NCBI GenBank assembly: GCA_038209745.1
Contig: JBBQXJ010000010.1
Location: forward strand, 1 to 64,000
DNA from: Verrucomicrobiota bacterium
Lineage (GTDB): Bacteria; Verrucomicrobiota; Verrucomicrobiia; Limisphaerales; CANJSG01
Direction of reading: 5' to 3'
Length of the DNA stretch: 64,000 bases
Positions within the stretch are counted from its first letter, which is position 1. Each line of letters starts with the position of its first letter. The notes beneath the pieces are model-generated. The model was not told where the DNA came from, did no database searches, and saw only the letters and a list, made by a program, of their open reading frames with translations. A program made the translations under genes and the position numbers. Of the stretch, positions 1-9,327 are shown one piece after another.

Positions 1-120
1 GTCGACCACTCAACGCCTGAGTCGACCAGATGGCACCCCATCGCAGATCTATCCAACCTCCCGTTCTCCAGTGCCCATGCGAAGCTGCGCGAACGACTCC
101 TGCGGATGGAAAAGTCGTGA
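1..120 (+). CDS. 3' end of a gene running in from the left edge; resembles the C-terminus of A/G-specific adenine glycosylase MutY
   Basis: Frame 1 is open from base 1 to TGA at 118-120 and reads VDHSTPESTRWHPIADLSNLPFSSAHAKLRERLLRMEKS. The W..L..LPFSSAH.K pattern recalls the end of the MutY NUDIX-like domain. Only 39 aa are visible. Confidence 0.4.
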   Translation, partial: VDHSTPESTRWHPIADLSNLPFSSAHAKLRERLLRMEKS

Positions 121-192
121 CTGTGACCGTTTGATCTTCCGTAGTTAAGCCCAGCCACGCCGCAATCCCGAACCAAATCAAGCCCCAACGGC

Positions 193-1047
193 TCAAGCCG
201 CCTTGAGATCATTCTCGGTCCGAATCCGGGCGATGTTGGATTCGATCCTCTCCACGTATTGATTCCGGCCGCTTCCGGGATCCGCCAAATACCGGAACAA
301 TCCCTCAAATTCCTTTTCCGCTTTCGGCAAAACGTATTTCGACCAAAAGGCCGGAGTCCGGCTCTTCAAGTCTGCCGCGCTCGTGAAGATCGTGCCGGCA
401 CCCATCTTGCCATCGTTGCATCGGGCGCATTCCTCGAACTCTGAATACAGGGTCGGCAGCTTGTCGACATAGTCCACCGCCGCCATCTGACCCAGTAAAT
501 CCGACGTCCCCAAGGCGAGACCGCATATCCGCTCGACGTCGTCGGTGAAGCGAATTCCCGCGATTTCCACGTTCACACCCGTGCAACGGATCATGTTCTG
601 CACCGCCACGATATCGTGCTGATTGAATCCCTTTTCTCTCAAAAGTTCCGCCGCGAAATCCATGCTTCGATTCACGTGGGTCAGAGTGTATTTCGCCCCA
701 GTCCCATCGACATCGTCCGCATGCTTCAAATAGCCCGTGTCGTGCAGGAGGATGGCCAAGAAGCCCAGTTCAACGATGCGCGAGCTGATGACCGGTCGAG
801 CCCTCGCTCGATGGCGCCCAAGGAGGAGCCGCGCCATGCAAAGTGTTCCCTGCAGAGTGTGCTCCAAGTCGTGATATTTTGCGTCGATCGGCTGATAGTC
901 TCCATACCGACCGCGAAACGCATTCAGCGCCCACCCAAAACCGTTCCGAACGGTCTGATCGGAAGCATCTGGAAACATCTCATACCAAGCAGCCAACACC
1001 GCCAACAAAACTTCGGATGGCTGACTCGTCTGAACCTCGGGGGGCAT
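193..1047 (-). CDS. HD-superfamily metal-dependent phosphohydrolase
   Basis: Motifs YHDLEHT, LLHDTGY, THVNRS and GTSDLLGQ. Start placed at ATG 1047 (MPPEVQ); the ORF extension to 1293 overlaps folK and looks non-coding. Confidence 0.8.
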   Translation of the reverse strand: MPPEVQTSQPSEVLLAVLAAWYEMFPDASDQTVRNGFGWALNAFRGRYGDYQPIDAKYHDLEHTLQGTLCMARLLLGRHRARARPVISSRIVELGFLAILLHDTGYLKHADDVDGTGAKYTLTHVNRSMDFAAELLREKGFNQHDIVAVQNMIRCTGVNVEIAGIRFTDDVERICGLALGTSDLLGQMAAVDYVDKLPTLYSEFEECARCNDGKMGAGTIFTSAADLKSRTPAFWSKYVLPKAEKEFEGLFRYLADPGSGRNQYVERIESNIARIRTENDLKAA

Positions 1048-1204
1048 CAACGGGACAGATAGATCCTCAGAACAAGGATTGCACGACATAAGTGACCCGC
1101 TTTCATCCATAAAATCACTCCACAAAACGGTCCTCCGTGCCGTTGTCAACTCCACCCTATTGAAATGTCCAAACAAGATCTCACAGACCGTCTCTGCACG
1201 GCGG

Positions 1205-1759
1205 TTATTGAGAATCTGGGCTTCCACCGGATTCTGAATCACCCATCCGAACAAGCACTTCGTCCGTCCGTAAAAGTCCCAAGAGTCCGGCAACCGTTTC
1301 CGGCCGCCCCGGAAACACCATTTCCGGAGCGATCTCAGCCAAAGGCCTCAGCACAAACTGTCTACAGAAGGCTCTGGGATGAGGAAGGGTCAAATACGCA
1401 GTCGATCTAACTTCGGCGCCCCAGAGGATCAAATCGAGATCCAGCGGACGCGCCTCGTTCACAACCCACTTCGGTCGACGACCAAACTCTCGCTCGAGTT
1501 CCTGCAGACGACCCAGAAGCGTTTCCGGAGTTTCCCCGACGGGAGGCGCCATAATCACCACACAGTTTACGAAAGGTGGCGAACCGGGAGGGCAATCCAC
1601 CGGCGATGTCCGCCAAAGCGACGAGGAGAGGAGAGGAGCTGCCGACCACATCCGCAGGCGCGCTACCGCGTCCCGCAGCACCCGACTGGAATCGCCCAAG
1701 TTCGACCCCAGAGCGATCACGACGCGAGGCACATGCCGGGATTGATCCGTTGAACTCAT
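1205..1759 (-). CDS. folK: 2-amino-4-hydroxy-6-hydroxymethyldihydropteridine diphosphokinase (HPPK)
   Basis: IALGSNLGD, FVNCVV, RPLDLDLI, LTLPHPR and RQFVLRPLAEIAP are canonical HPPK motifs. Start estimated at ATG 1759. Confidence 0.95.
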   Translation of the reverse strand: MSSTDQSRHVPRVVIALGSNLGDSSRVLRDAVARLRMWSAAPLLSSSLWRTSPVDCPPGSPPFVNCVVIMAPPVGETPETLLGRLQELEREFGRRPKWVVNEARPLDLDLILWGAEVRSTAYLTLPHPRAFCRQFVLRPLAEIAPEMVFPGRPETVAGLLGLLRTDEVLVRMGDSESGGSPDSQ

Positions 1760-1894
1760 CGCTCTTAGCCTCTCCGAAGCCTTCCCCGTCCGCCAATCGA
1801 TTTCGTTCGGCGGCCTCAATATCGGACCCCAACACCTCGTATTTGTTGCCTATCCGACGACTTCGGGTTCGGATCTCCCCTCAGCCAAGTCCCC

Positions 1895-2224
1895 ATGAAT
1901 CCATTCCGAGTGTCAAATCCGTCCCGCCTCCGGGTGGGTCTTGCGGTGATCGTCGCACTGGCTGCCGACGCCATCCAGATCTTGTTGGGTCCTCTGGGCT
2001 GGGCTTTCGCCGACCAGATCATCGACGTCTTTGCCATGCTGCTAGTCAGCCTGTTGATCGGGTTCCATCCACTGCTGATTCCCACCTTTATCGCGGAAGC
2101 CCTTCCAGCCGTCGATATGCTGCCGACTTGGACGGGATGTGTCTGCGCCGTGGCGCTGCTGAAGCGCCGATCTTTTCGTCCTCCGGCTCCACCTTCCGGA
2201 GGACCTCCCACCATCGATGTGTGA
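1895..2224 (+). CDS. small hypothetical membrane protein
   Basis: 109 aa with three to four hydrophobic segments and a Pro-rich tail; fills the gap between folK and the convergent TPR gene. Confidence 0.7.
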   Translation: MNPFRVSNPSRLRVGLAVIVALAADAIQILLGPLGWAFADQIIDVFAMLLVSLLIGFHPLLIPTFIAEALPAVDMLPTWTGCVCAVALLKRRSFRPPAPPSGGPPTIDV

Positions 2225-2235
2225 GCACGACCGCT

Positions 2236-4812
2236 TCAGCCACCCTTTTGGCCGGCAAGGGCCGTCTGCAAGAGGCTGCGGGCGCGGGCGTTGCTCGGAT
2301 CGGCTTTCAGGGCCTCCTGCAGATGCGGGATCGCCTTGTCCCAGCGCCGTTGATCGATCCAAGCCGCCGCCGCGTTCAAGCGAGCGGGCAGAAAGTCGGG
2401 CCTGAGTCGAACCGCTCCCTCAAACTGCGCCGTCGCCGCTTCGGCGCGACCTTGCCGCGCCAAAATGGAGCCATAGTTCAGGTGCGCTTCGAACGAATCC
2501 GGCCGAATCGCCAAAGCCGCGACCAACTCGCTGGCCGCCTCGTCGAACTGCTGCAATCGAATCAAGGCGGTGGCGAGAGCAGATCGGGCGTCAAAATCAA
2601 ACGGATGGAGCTGGGCCAGCTCGCGGTATTGGTTCACGGCTTCGGCCCCACGCCCAAGCTTCATCAACGCTTTGGCCAGCTCTAGCCGGGGAGCGGCATC
2701 GTCCGGAGACCCTTGGATCGCCTCACGGTAGTTTGCCAGCGCTTCGGTGCTGCGCCCTTCAGCCAACAGGGCGGCGCTCAGATTCAGCCGCGCCGAAACG
2801 AATCCCGGTTCAAGACGGAGCCCCTCACGAAACGCCTCGCCGGCTTCCTTGGCTTTCCCGGATTGGAGCAGCGCCAAGCCCAAGTGGTTTTGGCCGCGGG
2901 CCGAATCCGGTTTGAGAACCATGGCTCGGCGAAACAGAGCGATCGCCTCCGCCATTCGATTCTGCCCCATCCGAGCCCGGCCGAGTCCGAGCCGACCCTC
3001 AAAGAAGCCCGGATCAACCTCCAATACCCGCTGATAGACGGACGCAGCTTCGTCGAATTTCTCCTTTTCCAGAAGCACGCTGCCGAGGAGATCGTAGCTC
3101 GTCGTCCGGTGAGGGAGCAGCTTGATGACCTCGCGCCATTGCTCGGCCGCACCGGTGGGATCACCGGTCTGGAGCAGGACGCCCGCGAGATTGTCGTGCA
3201 GCCTCCAGTCGTCCGGAGTCCGCGCGATCGCCGAGCGGTCGATCTCGATCGACGCGGCCGCGTTCGTGCGGCAGCGAGCCGTCATCTCGGCAACTTCGGC
3301 GTCGTGCCGCGCCACGTCGGCCAAGTGGCCGAGTTGATGCGTGAACGGAGGGCGGCTGACCCGCTGGGCCATTTCCCGCGCCATCTGCCCGCGGTCAAAG
3401 TCCGTCAATCCCAGGCGTGCTCCGCATTCTTGCATTGGAAGGAAAGAATCGGCCGCCAGGTTTCCGGCCCGGACATCCCCCTCGACGCACTGCACGACCT
3501 GTTTCGCCAGTTCCACCGCCACGAGATAGTTGCCGGACTGCGTGAGATGGACATGTTCATGGAACCATTCCCGTCCCGGCACGCCATCCGTCGTCTCGTT
3601 CCTGAACGCTGTTTCGGAGTCCGCCAGTCTCACCCCCGTCCCGGCCGCGGTCTCCCGGATGATTCCGTTCAAACCCGAGTCGCAGCGGAACCGCAACGTG
3701 TCCAGATCCCGCGCGAGAACGTAGTGGCCCAGAGCGTCCTCCGGTCGGTCCAGCGTCGCCAAGCAACGCCCCATCCGGAAATGCAGCTCGGCGAACTGGT
3801 CGTCGATCGCGAGCGCTTCCCCATACTTGACCAACGCCTCCGCGGCCGTCCCGGCGTCTTCGAAGGCCACTCCCGCCTTGAACTTCTGGTTCCACCGGTC
3901 CGAATCGCCAACTGGAAGATCCCGGCGATGGAGAGACGCGAAGGGCGGACAATCCCGCAGGTTGCTGCCCACGGTGCTGAGAATCACCTTCGCTCCGGAA
4001 CGAACTCCCGCCTCCACCATGTCGTCCAGGTTCCGTCGGAAATACTGGTAAACCGAGGCGGTCCGCGGGTCGGACAAAGCCACTTGTTGATCCAGGAACA
4101 TCTCCATTCCTCCCCACTCCTTGGGCGATCCACGCCGGGCCGATCCCTGAAGGAGCGCGTCCATCACTTGACCGATCCGGGTCGATTTCACCGCGATGTT
4201 GGCACGGATCAGCGCCAAGCTGGGAGCCTGCGGCCCAAAGACGGTTCCTGATCCGAAGGGCCCGACCACCTCGTTGTTCCCCATGTAGACCACCCAGACG
4301 TCTCCCCCAAAATTGGCGCACTCCAACGCGATCGGCCGGATGACGTGCGAGTTGATCGCCGTTACGGCCGTATTGATCACCTTCACCCGTCGGCCGGGGT
4401 ATCGGTCCTCCAACAGCACCCGCAAGACACGGGCAAACCCAAACGACGGATCGGGATCCCCCTCGGCCGCCGATTCTCCAAAAACAAAAACTCGGAGTTC
4501 CTGCGGAGCCTTGGCCTCCGCAAACGCCATCGATTGAGGGATCCGCTTCAAAGCTTCGCTGAAATAGCGCCGACTGAACTGTGGATTGTCGACCAGGACT
4601 CCCGGCTGCCCCGCCGGACTTGGCACGAAGAATTGGACCGGAAAGCCGTAGCCCAGGATCCGGAGTCCAACCTCCAGAACCGCGAAAAAGGCGACCGTCA
4701 CCCCGAACATTGCGGTGAGGCGAAAGATCCATTTCCGCCCGGACCTGGCGCTTTGCCCGCCCGTCTCGTCGGGTGGGCCGGACACGGCGATTGTCTTCTT
4801 CGGGCGCTTCAC
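2236..4812 (-). CDS. membrane-anchored SGNH/GDSL-like hydrolase domain plus long TPR array
   Basis: N-terminal TM helix; FGESAAEG, YMGNNE and FHEHVHL match SGNH blocks I, III and V; roughly 9-10 TPR-like repeats in the C-terminal third. Confidence 0.8.
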   Translation of the reverse strand: MKRPKKTIAVSGPPDETGGQSARSGRKWIFRLTAMFGVTVAFFAVLEVGLRILGYGFPVQFFVPSPAGQPGVLVDNPQFSRRYFSEALKRIPQSMAFAEAKAPQELRVFVFGESAAEGDPDPSFGFARVLRVLLEDRYPGRRVKVINTAVTAINSHVIRPIALECANFGGDVWVVYMGNNEVVGPFGSGTVFGPQAPSLALIRANIAVKSTRIGQVMDALLQGSARRGSPKEWGGMEMFLDQQVALSDPRTASVYQYFRRNLDDMVEAGVRSGAKVILSTVGSNLRDCPPFASLHRRDLPVGDSDRWNQKFKAGVAFEDAGTAAEALVKYGEALAIDDQFAELHFRMGRCLATLDRPEDALGHYVLARDLDTLRFRCDSGLNGIIRETAAGTGVRLADSETAFRNETTDGVPGREWFHEHVHLTQSGNYLVAVELAKQVVQCVEGDVRAGNLAADSFLPMQECGARLGLTDFDRGQMAREMAQRVSRPPFTHQLGHLADVARHDAEVAEMTARCRTNAAASIEIDRSAIARTPDDWRLHDNLAGVLLQTGDPTGAAEQWREVIKLLPHRTTSYDLLGSVLLEKEKFDEAASVYQRVLEVDPGFFEGRLGLGRARMGQNRMAEAIALFRRAMVLKPDSARGQNHLGLALLQSGKAKEAGEAFREGLRLEPGFVSARLNLSAALLAEGRSTEALANYREAIQGSPDDAAPRLELAKALMKLGRGAEAVNQYRELAQLHPFDFDARSALATALIRLQQFDEAASELVAALAIRPDSFEAHLNYGSILARQGRAEAATAQFEGAVRLRPDFLPARLNAAAAWIDQRRWDKAIPHLQEALKADPSNARARSLLQTALAGQKGG

Positions 4813-4847
4813 GTGGGAAAGGGTAGCAACTGGTTTGTGGACTGGGC

Positions 4848-4883
4848 AAAAAAAGAGGCCGGACGCTTTCGCCCGGCCTCTTT
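4848..4883 (-). terminator. rho-independent terminator of the PA14/Ig gene
   Basis: Minus strand reads AAAGAGGCCGG-GCGAAAGCGT-CCGGCCTCTTT followed by more T, 16 nt after the stop codon. Confidence 0.85.
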
Positions 4884-4899
4884 GTGATTTATGGGGCGA

Positions 4900-7800
4900 T
4901 CAAGGAGTGACCACCTGGAAGAACAGGCTGCCCGGTTGGACCGAGATGACCTGCGGGTTGGTCGAACCGAGGCTCGTCCACACCGCGCCAGTTCCCAAGA
5001 CCGGGCTCGAGATGAGGCGTCCACCGGCCGGAGCCCAGGAGACGTTCACCGAGTTGCCCGCATGGGTGATGATGACTTCCTGTCCGGCAGGAGCCGCCAG
5101 ATAGCCGATGATCGATCCGAACATCACGGACGGATCGCCAACCATCGGATCAGCCGCGCTGTCGGTGCTGGTCGGGTCGAATTTGAAGGTCACTCCGAGG
5201 TTGTCGCCGCCGCCGCCTTCAGCGTGCACGGCTTCAATGTAATATTTGGTCCCCGCCGTCAGGGAGATGCCGCCCGCGTAGGGAGCGCCGTTAGCCGGAG
5301 GGTTGGCCGGATCCGGAACCCATTGGTCAGACCGCTTTTGGGCGATCTCGATCGGGTCTCCGTTGCCAGTGCTCGTCCAAGCGCGGTCGCCCGCCCAGTT
5401 GTTCTGGTGGGCAATCAGACGCTTGGCGGAGGGCTGGTCGTTGGTGCTCAGGAACAGGTCCGAATCGTCGTCGCTGGCGAGGAAGAACGTGTATTTGCCC
5501 GTCGTCGCCGGGATGAAGTAGCCCCGGACGCGCTGCACGTAGTTGTCACCGAGCGAGCCGATGTCGATGTTGGTAACCGTATTGACCGTGGTGGCGGCCC
5601 CGCTGTTGCCCGTCTCAATCTGGGGGCGGCTGTAATTGCCGCTCCAGAGCTCATGGGCCAGCTGGCCCGAGACCAAGGATCCATTGCTCGCAATCGTCAG
5701 AGTGGCGACCGAGCTGGTGACCGAGAGGGAGGTTCCAGGGACCGACATCACGCAGGAGAACTGCGCGCCGTTGTCGCTGGAAGAAGCAACGAGGCTGAAG
5801 CCCGAGCCCGTGGCTCCGGCGATAGCTGTGCCACCCCGGCTCCACTGATAGGTCGTTGGGAGGAGGCCGTTGTTGGTCGCGTTCACCGAGAAGGTGACCG
5901 AGCCAGTCACCAAAGCGGAGGCACTTGCCGCATCCTGGGTGATGTTGAGGACCGTGGCGGCGGGCACGAGCACTCCGACTCTGGCTCCGGTCAACTTGGA
6001 CGCCGAACCATTCACGGGATCGACGTCGCCGAGCATGGTGTAGGTCACGGCCACGTTCTGTCCGCCGCCACCCTGGTGGTTCACGGCTTCGATGTAGTAG
6101 CGGGTGCCCGCAGTCAACGCGATGCCACCGGCATAGGGGATGGTCGCGCCGGCGTCGGGCGAGAACATGTCGGACCGGCGTTGTTCAACGGTTCCGCCGC
6201 CACCGACGGTGTTCCAGTTCTTGTTGCCGCTCCATCCGCCTTCCTGGGCAATGAGACGCTTCGTCTCGGGCTTGTCGTTGGTGCCGATGAACACGTCTGA
6301 GTCGTCGTCGGCCGCCACGTAGAACACGTAGTTGCCCGTCGTGGCCGGAACGAAGAAGCCGGACAGGCGCAGAACGTAGTCGGCGCCAGTGTCGGTGAAG
6401 TCGAAGCCGGAGGAGATATAACGGATCGAATCCGCCTCGGGAACCGTTCCCGCCGCATTGGCCGAGATGATCGCGCGGGTGACTGTGGCGTCGTTCCAGC
6501 GTTCCACCTTCAAGGTTCCTTCGGCGAAGACGCTCTGCTGCACCGTCAAGGTGGCGCTGGTGCTGGTGACGTTGGTGAAGCCGGGGATGATGATATCGAC
6601 GGAGAAGCTCGCGCCGTTGTCGGTGAGAGCGGCCACGGCGGAGTAGGTGGGACTCGTTGCGCCGGCAATCGCGACACCGCCCCGCTTCCATTGGTAGCTG
6701 GGTGAGACTTCGCTGTCCGTGGTCACGGCGATGCCGAACTTGTAGTTCAAGCCTTCGAAGACGTTCACGCTGGCCAGAGGCGCCACGCTGAAGCTGGTGA
6801 CCGGGCTGGTCACATAGCTGATGACGCCGTTGGTGAAGGCCGACGGGCTGTTGTCCGCGGGAGCACCGAGGCTCGCGAGGTCAGCCGACGTGATGAAGGT
6901 GGCGCTGATGCCATTACCACCGCCACCGGCGCGATGGACACCCTCGATGTAGTAGCGGGTGCCACCGACCAACGGGATACCTGCGCTGTAGGGCATGGTC
7001 AGGCCTTCGTCGGGGGTAAACGAATCCGAGCGGCGCTGGGTGATGATGTCGTTGCCACCGCCAGCGGTCAGCCAAGAACGGTTGTTGGACCAGTCGATCT
7101 GAGTAGCGACCAACCGCTTGTTGGCGGGCTGGGTGTCCGTGCTGATGAAGAAGTCGGAGTCGTCGTCCGCCGCCAGGAAGAAGTTGTAGTTTCCGGAGGT
7201 GGCAGGAGTGAAGTAGCCACTGACGCGCTCAGCGTAGTTGGCCCCGGCCGTGGGCACGTCCAACTGGTTGACGGCGGTGACCGTTCCCTGTCCGACATTG
7301 CCGATCTCGACGTTGGTGCGGACGTTCGCGGTGGTATATCCGGCGAACAATTCGCGCTTGAGGTAGCCATTGACGGTCAAGGCGCCGGTCGCTGCCACCG
7401 TCACGGTCGCCACGGTCGAGGTCCTCGAGAGGCCACCGGGAACCGTTGCGATGCAGTCGAACATCGAACCGCTGTCCGCAGTCGAGGCCACCACGGTGAA
7501 GTTGGCGGCCGTCGCTCCCGGAATGTTGGCTCCGCTCTTCCGCCACTGGTAGGAGGGAGGGACAGAGCTGTCCGTGGAAGTTACCACTCGCAGCCGGGCG
7601 GAAGTGCCGACATAAGCTGTGGTGTTGCTGGGGTTCTGGGTGAAGGACAGCGTCGTGGGGGTCGTGATGACGATACCGATCGTGCTGCCCACCAAAGTGG
7701 TCGCCTCGCCGTCGACGACCCCTTGACCGTGGGGAACCGCAGTGACGGCGATGTTGTCTCCGCCGCCGCCTTCATGCTGGGTGACTTCGAGGTAATACTG

Positions 7801-8277
7801 CTGTCCACCCGTCAACATGATGCCGCCGGAAAAGGGCTTCGCGCCGGCGCTGTTCGTCCAAGTGGCCGAATTCCGCTGCAGCGGGTCGTTGCCACCGGAG
7901 GTCCAAGACTTGTTGCCGGACCAGGACGTCTGCTCACCAATGACGCGCTTGTTGGCAGCGGTCGAATCAGTGCTCAAGAAGAGCGACCCGTCGTCGTCGA
8001 TCGAGAAGTAGAAGTCGTAGAGGCCCGTCACGGGGGGAATGACCACGCCGCTCAGCCGATCGACGTAGTTGTCCGCGATGTCGCCCCGATCCCACTGAGT
8101 GAGATAGGTGATATTGGTCGAGGCCGGCAAAGTGCCCGCTTCGAGCTGGGCGCGGGTAGCCGGGGCATACCAAAGCTCCTGCTTTACGATGCCCGGGAGG
8201 AGCGTCGTGGCCGCACTCGCGGAGCCAACAGCGACCACGGCCGCTGCGGCACAAAAGAGTGTTCTGACTAGTTTCAT
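4900..8277 (-). CDS. secreted PA14 / immunoglobulin-like repeat protein (4 PA14 + 3 Ig-like domains + short C-terminal domain)
   Basis: Signal peptide MKLVRTLFCAAAAVVAVGSASA. Four repeats of R.SG...P.TG.Y.F....DDD...L..G..YYIE....GGGG (PA14) alternate with three P.YQW...G..I.GAT...D.G..F units (Ig-like). Start placed at ATG 8277. Confidence 0.9.
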   Translation of the reverse strand: MKLVRTLFCAAAAVVAVGSASAATTLLPGIVKQELWYAPATRAQLEAGTLPASTNITYLTQWDRGDIADNYVDRLSGVVIPPVTGLYDFYFSIDDDGSLFLSTDSTAANKRVIGEQTSWSGNKSWTSGGNDPLQRNSATWTNSAGAKPFSGGIMLTGGQQYYLEVTQHEGGGGDNIAVTAVPHGQGVVDGEATTLVGSTIGIVITTPTTLSFTQNPSNTTAYVGTSARLRVVTSTDSSVPPSYQWRKSGANIPGATAANFTVVASTADSGSMFDCIATVPGGLSRTSTVATVTVAATGALTVNGYLKRELFAGYTTANVRTNVEIGNVGQGTVTAVNQLDVPTAGANYAERVSGYFTPATSGNYNFFLAADDDSDFFISTDTQPANKRLVATQIDWSNNRSWLTAGGGNDIITQRRSDSFTPDEGLTMPYSAGIPLVGGTRYYIEGVHRAGGGGNGISATFITSADLASLGAPADNSPSAFTNGVISYVTSPVTSFSVAPLASVNVFEGLNYKFGIAVTTDSEVSPSYQWKRGGVAIAGATSPTYSAVAALTDNGASFSVDIIIPGFTNVTSTSATLTVQQSVFAEGTLKVERWNDATVTRAIISANAAGTVPEADSIRYISSGFDFTDTGADYVLRLSGFFVPATTGNYVFYVAADDDSDVFIGTNDKPETKRLIAQEGGWSGNKNWNTVGGGGTVEQRRSDMFSPDAGATIPYAGGIALTAGTRYYIEAVNHQGGGGQNVAVTYTMLGDVDPVNGSASKLTGARVGVLVPAATVLNITQDAASASALVTGSVTFSVNATNNGLLPTTYQWSRGGTAIAGATGSGFSLVASSSDNGAQFSCVMSVPGTSLSVTSSVATLTIASNGSLVSGQLAHELWSGNYSRPQIETGNSGAATTVNTVTNIDIGSLGDNYVQRVRGYFIPATTGKYTFFLASDDDSDLFLSTNDQPSAKRLIAHQNNWAGDRAWTSTGNGDPIEIAQKRSDQWVPDPANPPANGAPYAGGISLTAGTKYYIEAVHAEGGGGDNLGVTFKFDPTSTDSAADPMVGDPSVMFGSIIGYLAAPAGQEVIITHAGNSVNVSWAPAGGRLISSPVLGTGAVWTSLGSTNPQVISVQPGSLFFQVVTP

Positions 8278-8482
8278 GGGATGCCTCAGTGACAGGGGCG
8301 CGAGCCGCTGTCCTTTAGGTTTGGGGGTGTTGTGGGATTGCATAGGGTTTAATCACGCATTCAGCGATGTCCCGATAGAAGACACTTCAAACAGCACGGA
8401 TCAAAGAAAGCCACCAAAGCTGCTTCAAAGCGTCTTAGACAAGTCAGGAGATGACAAAACCATGACCGGCAACCCTAAAAGA

Positions 8483-8525
8483 TGTCACCCTAGCCAAACG
8501 GCTAATTGTGACACCGGTGTGACAT
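8483..8525. promoter_or_regulatory. nested palindromic putative operator upstream of the PA14/Ig gene
   Basis: TGTCAC-CC-TAGCC-AAAC-GGCTA-ATT-GTGACA (8483-8513), overlapping the perfect palindrome ACACCGGTGT (8511-8520) and a further GTGACA copy, in an AT-richer intergenic region. Confidence 0.5.
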
Positions 8526-8608
8526 TTGATGCACATGTAAATTGCAGATTGCGTCTTGTTTAGGTGCACTGTCCCGGTCCGACACAACACCGTTCTCAGT
8601 CCACCGGA

Positions 8609-9244
8609 TCAACCTTCCAAATGGACAATTCCACGCCGCAAAGCCGCGACGGCCGCTTGCGTCCTGTCCGTCACACCCAGTTTGTTCAACATGTTGGAGA
8701 TGTGGAGTTTGATAGTGGCTTCGGACAGTCGGAGCCGAGAAACGATCTCCTTGTTGCTCATGCCGTCCACTACGAGGCGGAGCACTTGAAACTCACGCGG
8801 GCTAAGTCCAATCCGGAGACGGTGCTCGGAGAGTTTCCGGGCAACGGCGGCGGGAAAGCATTCGCCGCCTTGGTGGATCGTCATGATCGCGCCAATCAGT
8901 TCCTCCCGGCTGGCTGACTTTAAGAGACATCCTTTCGCGCCCGCCTCGACTGCCCGGAGGATCGTCTCTTCGCGAAGCGAATCGGAAAAGAGAAGGAGCT
9001 TGGCGGCACCAAAGTCGGGTTGGCTTCCATTGCTTGTCCGCACTCTTTCCCCTCCTACCGAAGTCGCCAACACGTCGATCGTCACCACGTCCGGCTTGAG
9101 CCGGTGACATAGCTCAGCGGCCTGCTTTTCGTCGATCGCTTCCCCGACCACCTCCACCTGCCCTGTGAGCGCGAAGAACCTCAAGAGACCGGAACGCACG
9201 ACCGGATGGGCATCAACGACCAGGACGCGAACTTTGGAAATCAT
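8609..9244 (-). CDS. NarL/FixJ-family response regulator (REC + LuxR HTH)
   Basis: VRVLVVDAHPVVRSG...PDVVTID receiver domain; LSPREFQVLRLVVDGMSNKEI...TIKLHISNMLNKLGVTDRTQA HTH. Start estimated at 9244. Confidence 0.92.
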   Translation of the reverse strand: MISKVRVLVVDAHPVVRSGLLRFFALTGQVEVVGEAIDEKQAAELCHRLKPDVVTIDVLATSVGGERVRTSNGSQPDFGAAKLLLFSDSLREETILRAVEAGAKGCLLKSASREELIGAIMTIHQGGECFPAAVARKLSEHRLRIGLSPREFQVLRLVVDGMSNKEIVSRLRLSEATIKLHISNMLNKLGVTDRTQAAVAALRRGIVHLEG

Positions 9245-9327
9245 TCTTCCCACATCAGAAGGGCACCAGAGGAACGCTGACAATCACCTCGAAGGCTGTG
9301 CGGCCTCACGACCAGCCGTTTCGAAGG

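Noticed and set aside
4900..8277. Repeats in this region as a nucleotide repeat array
   Set aside because: The repetition is at the protein-domain level with diverged DNA; there are no fixed-length identical repeats with spacers.
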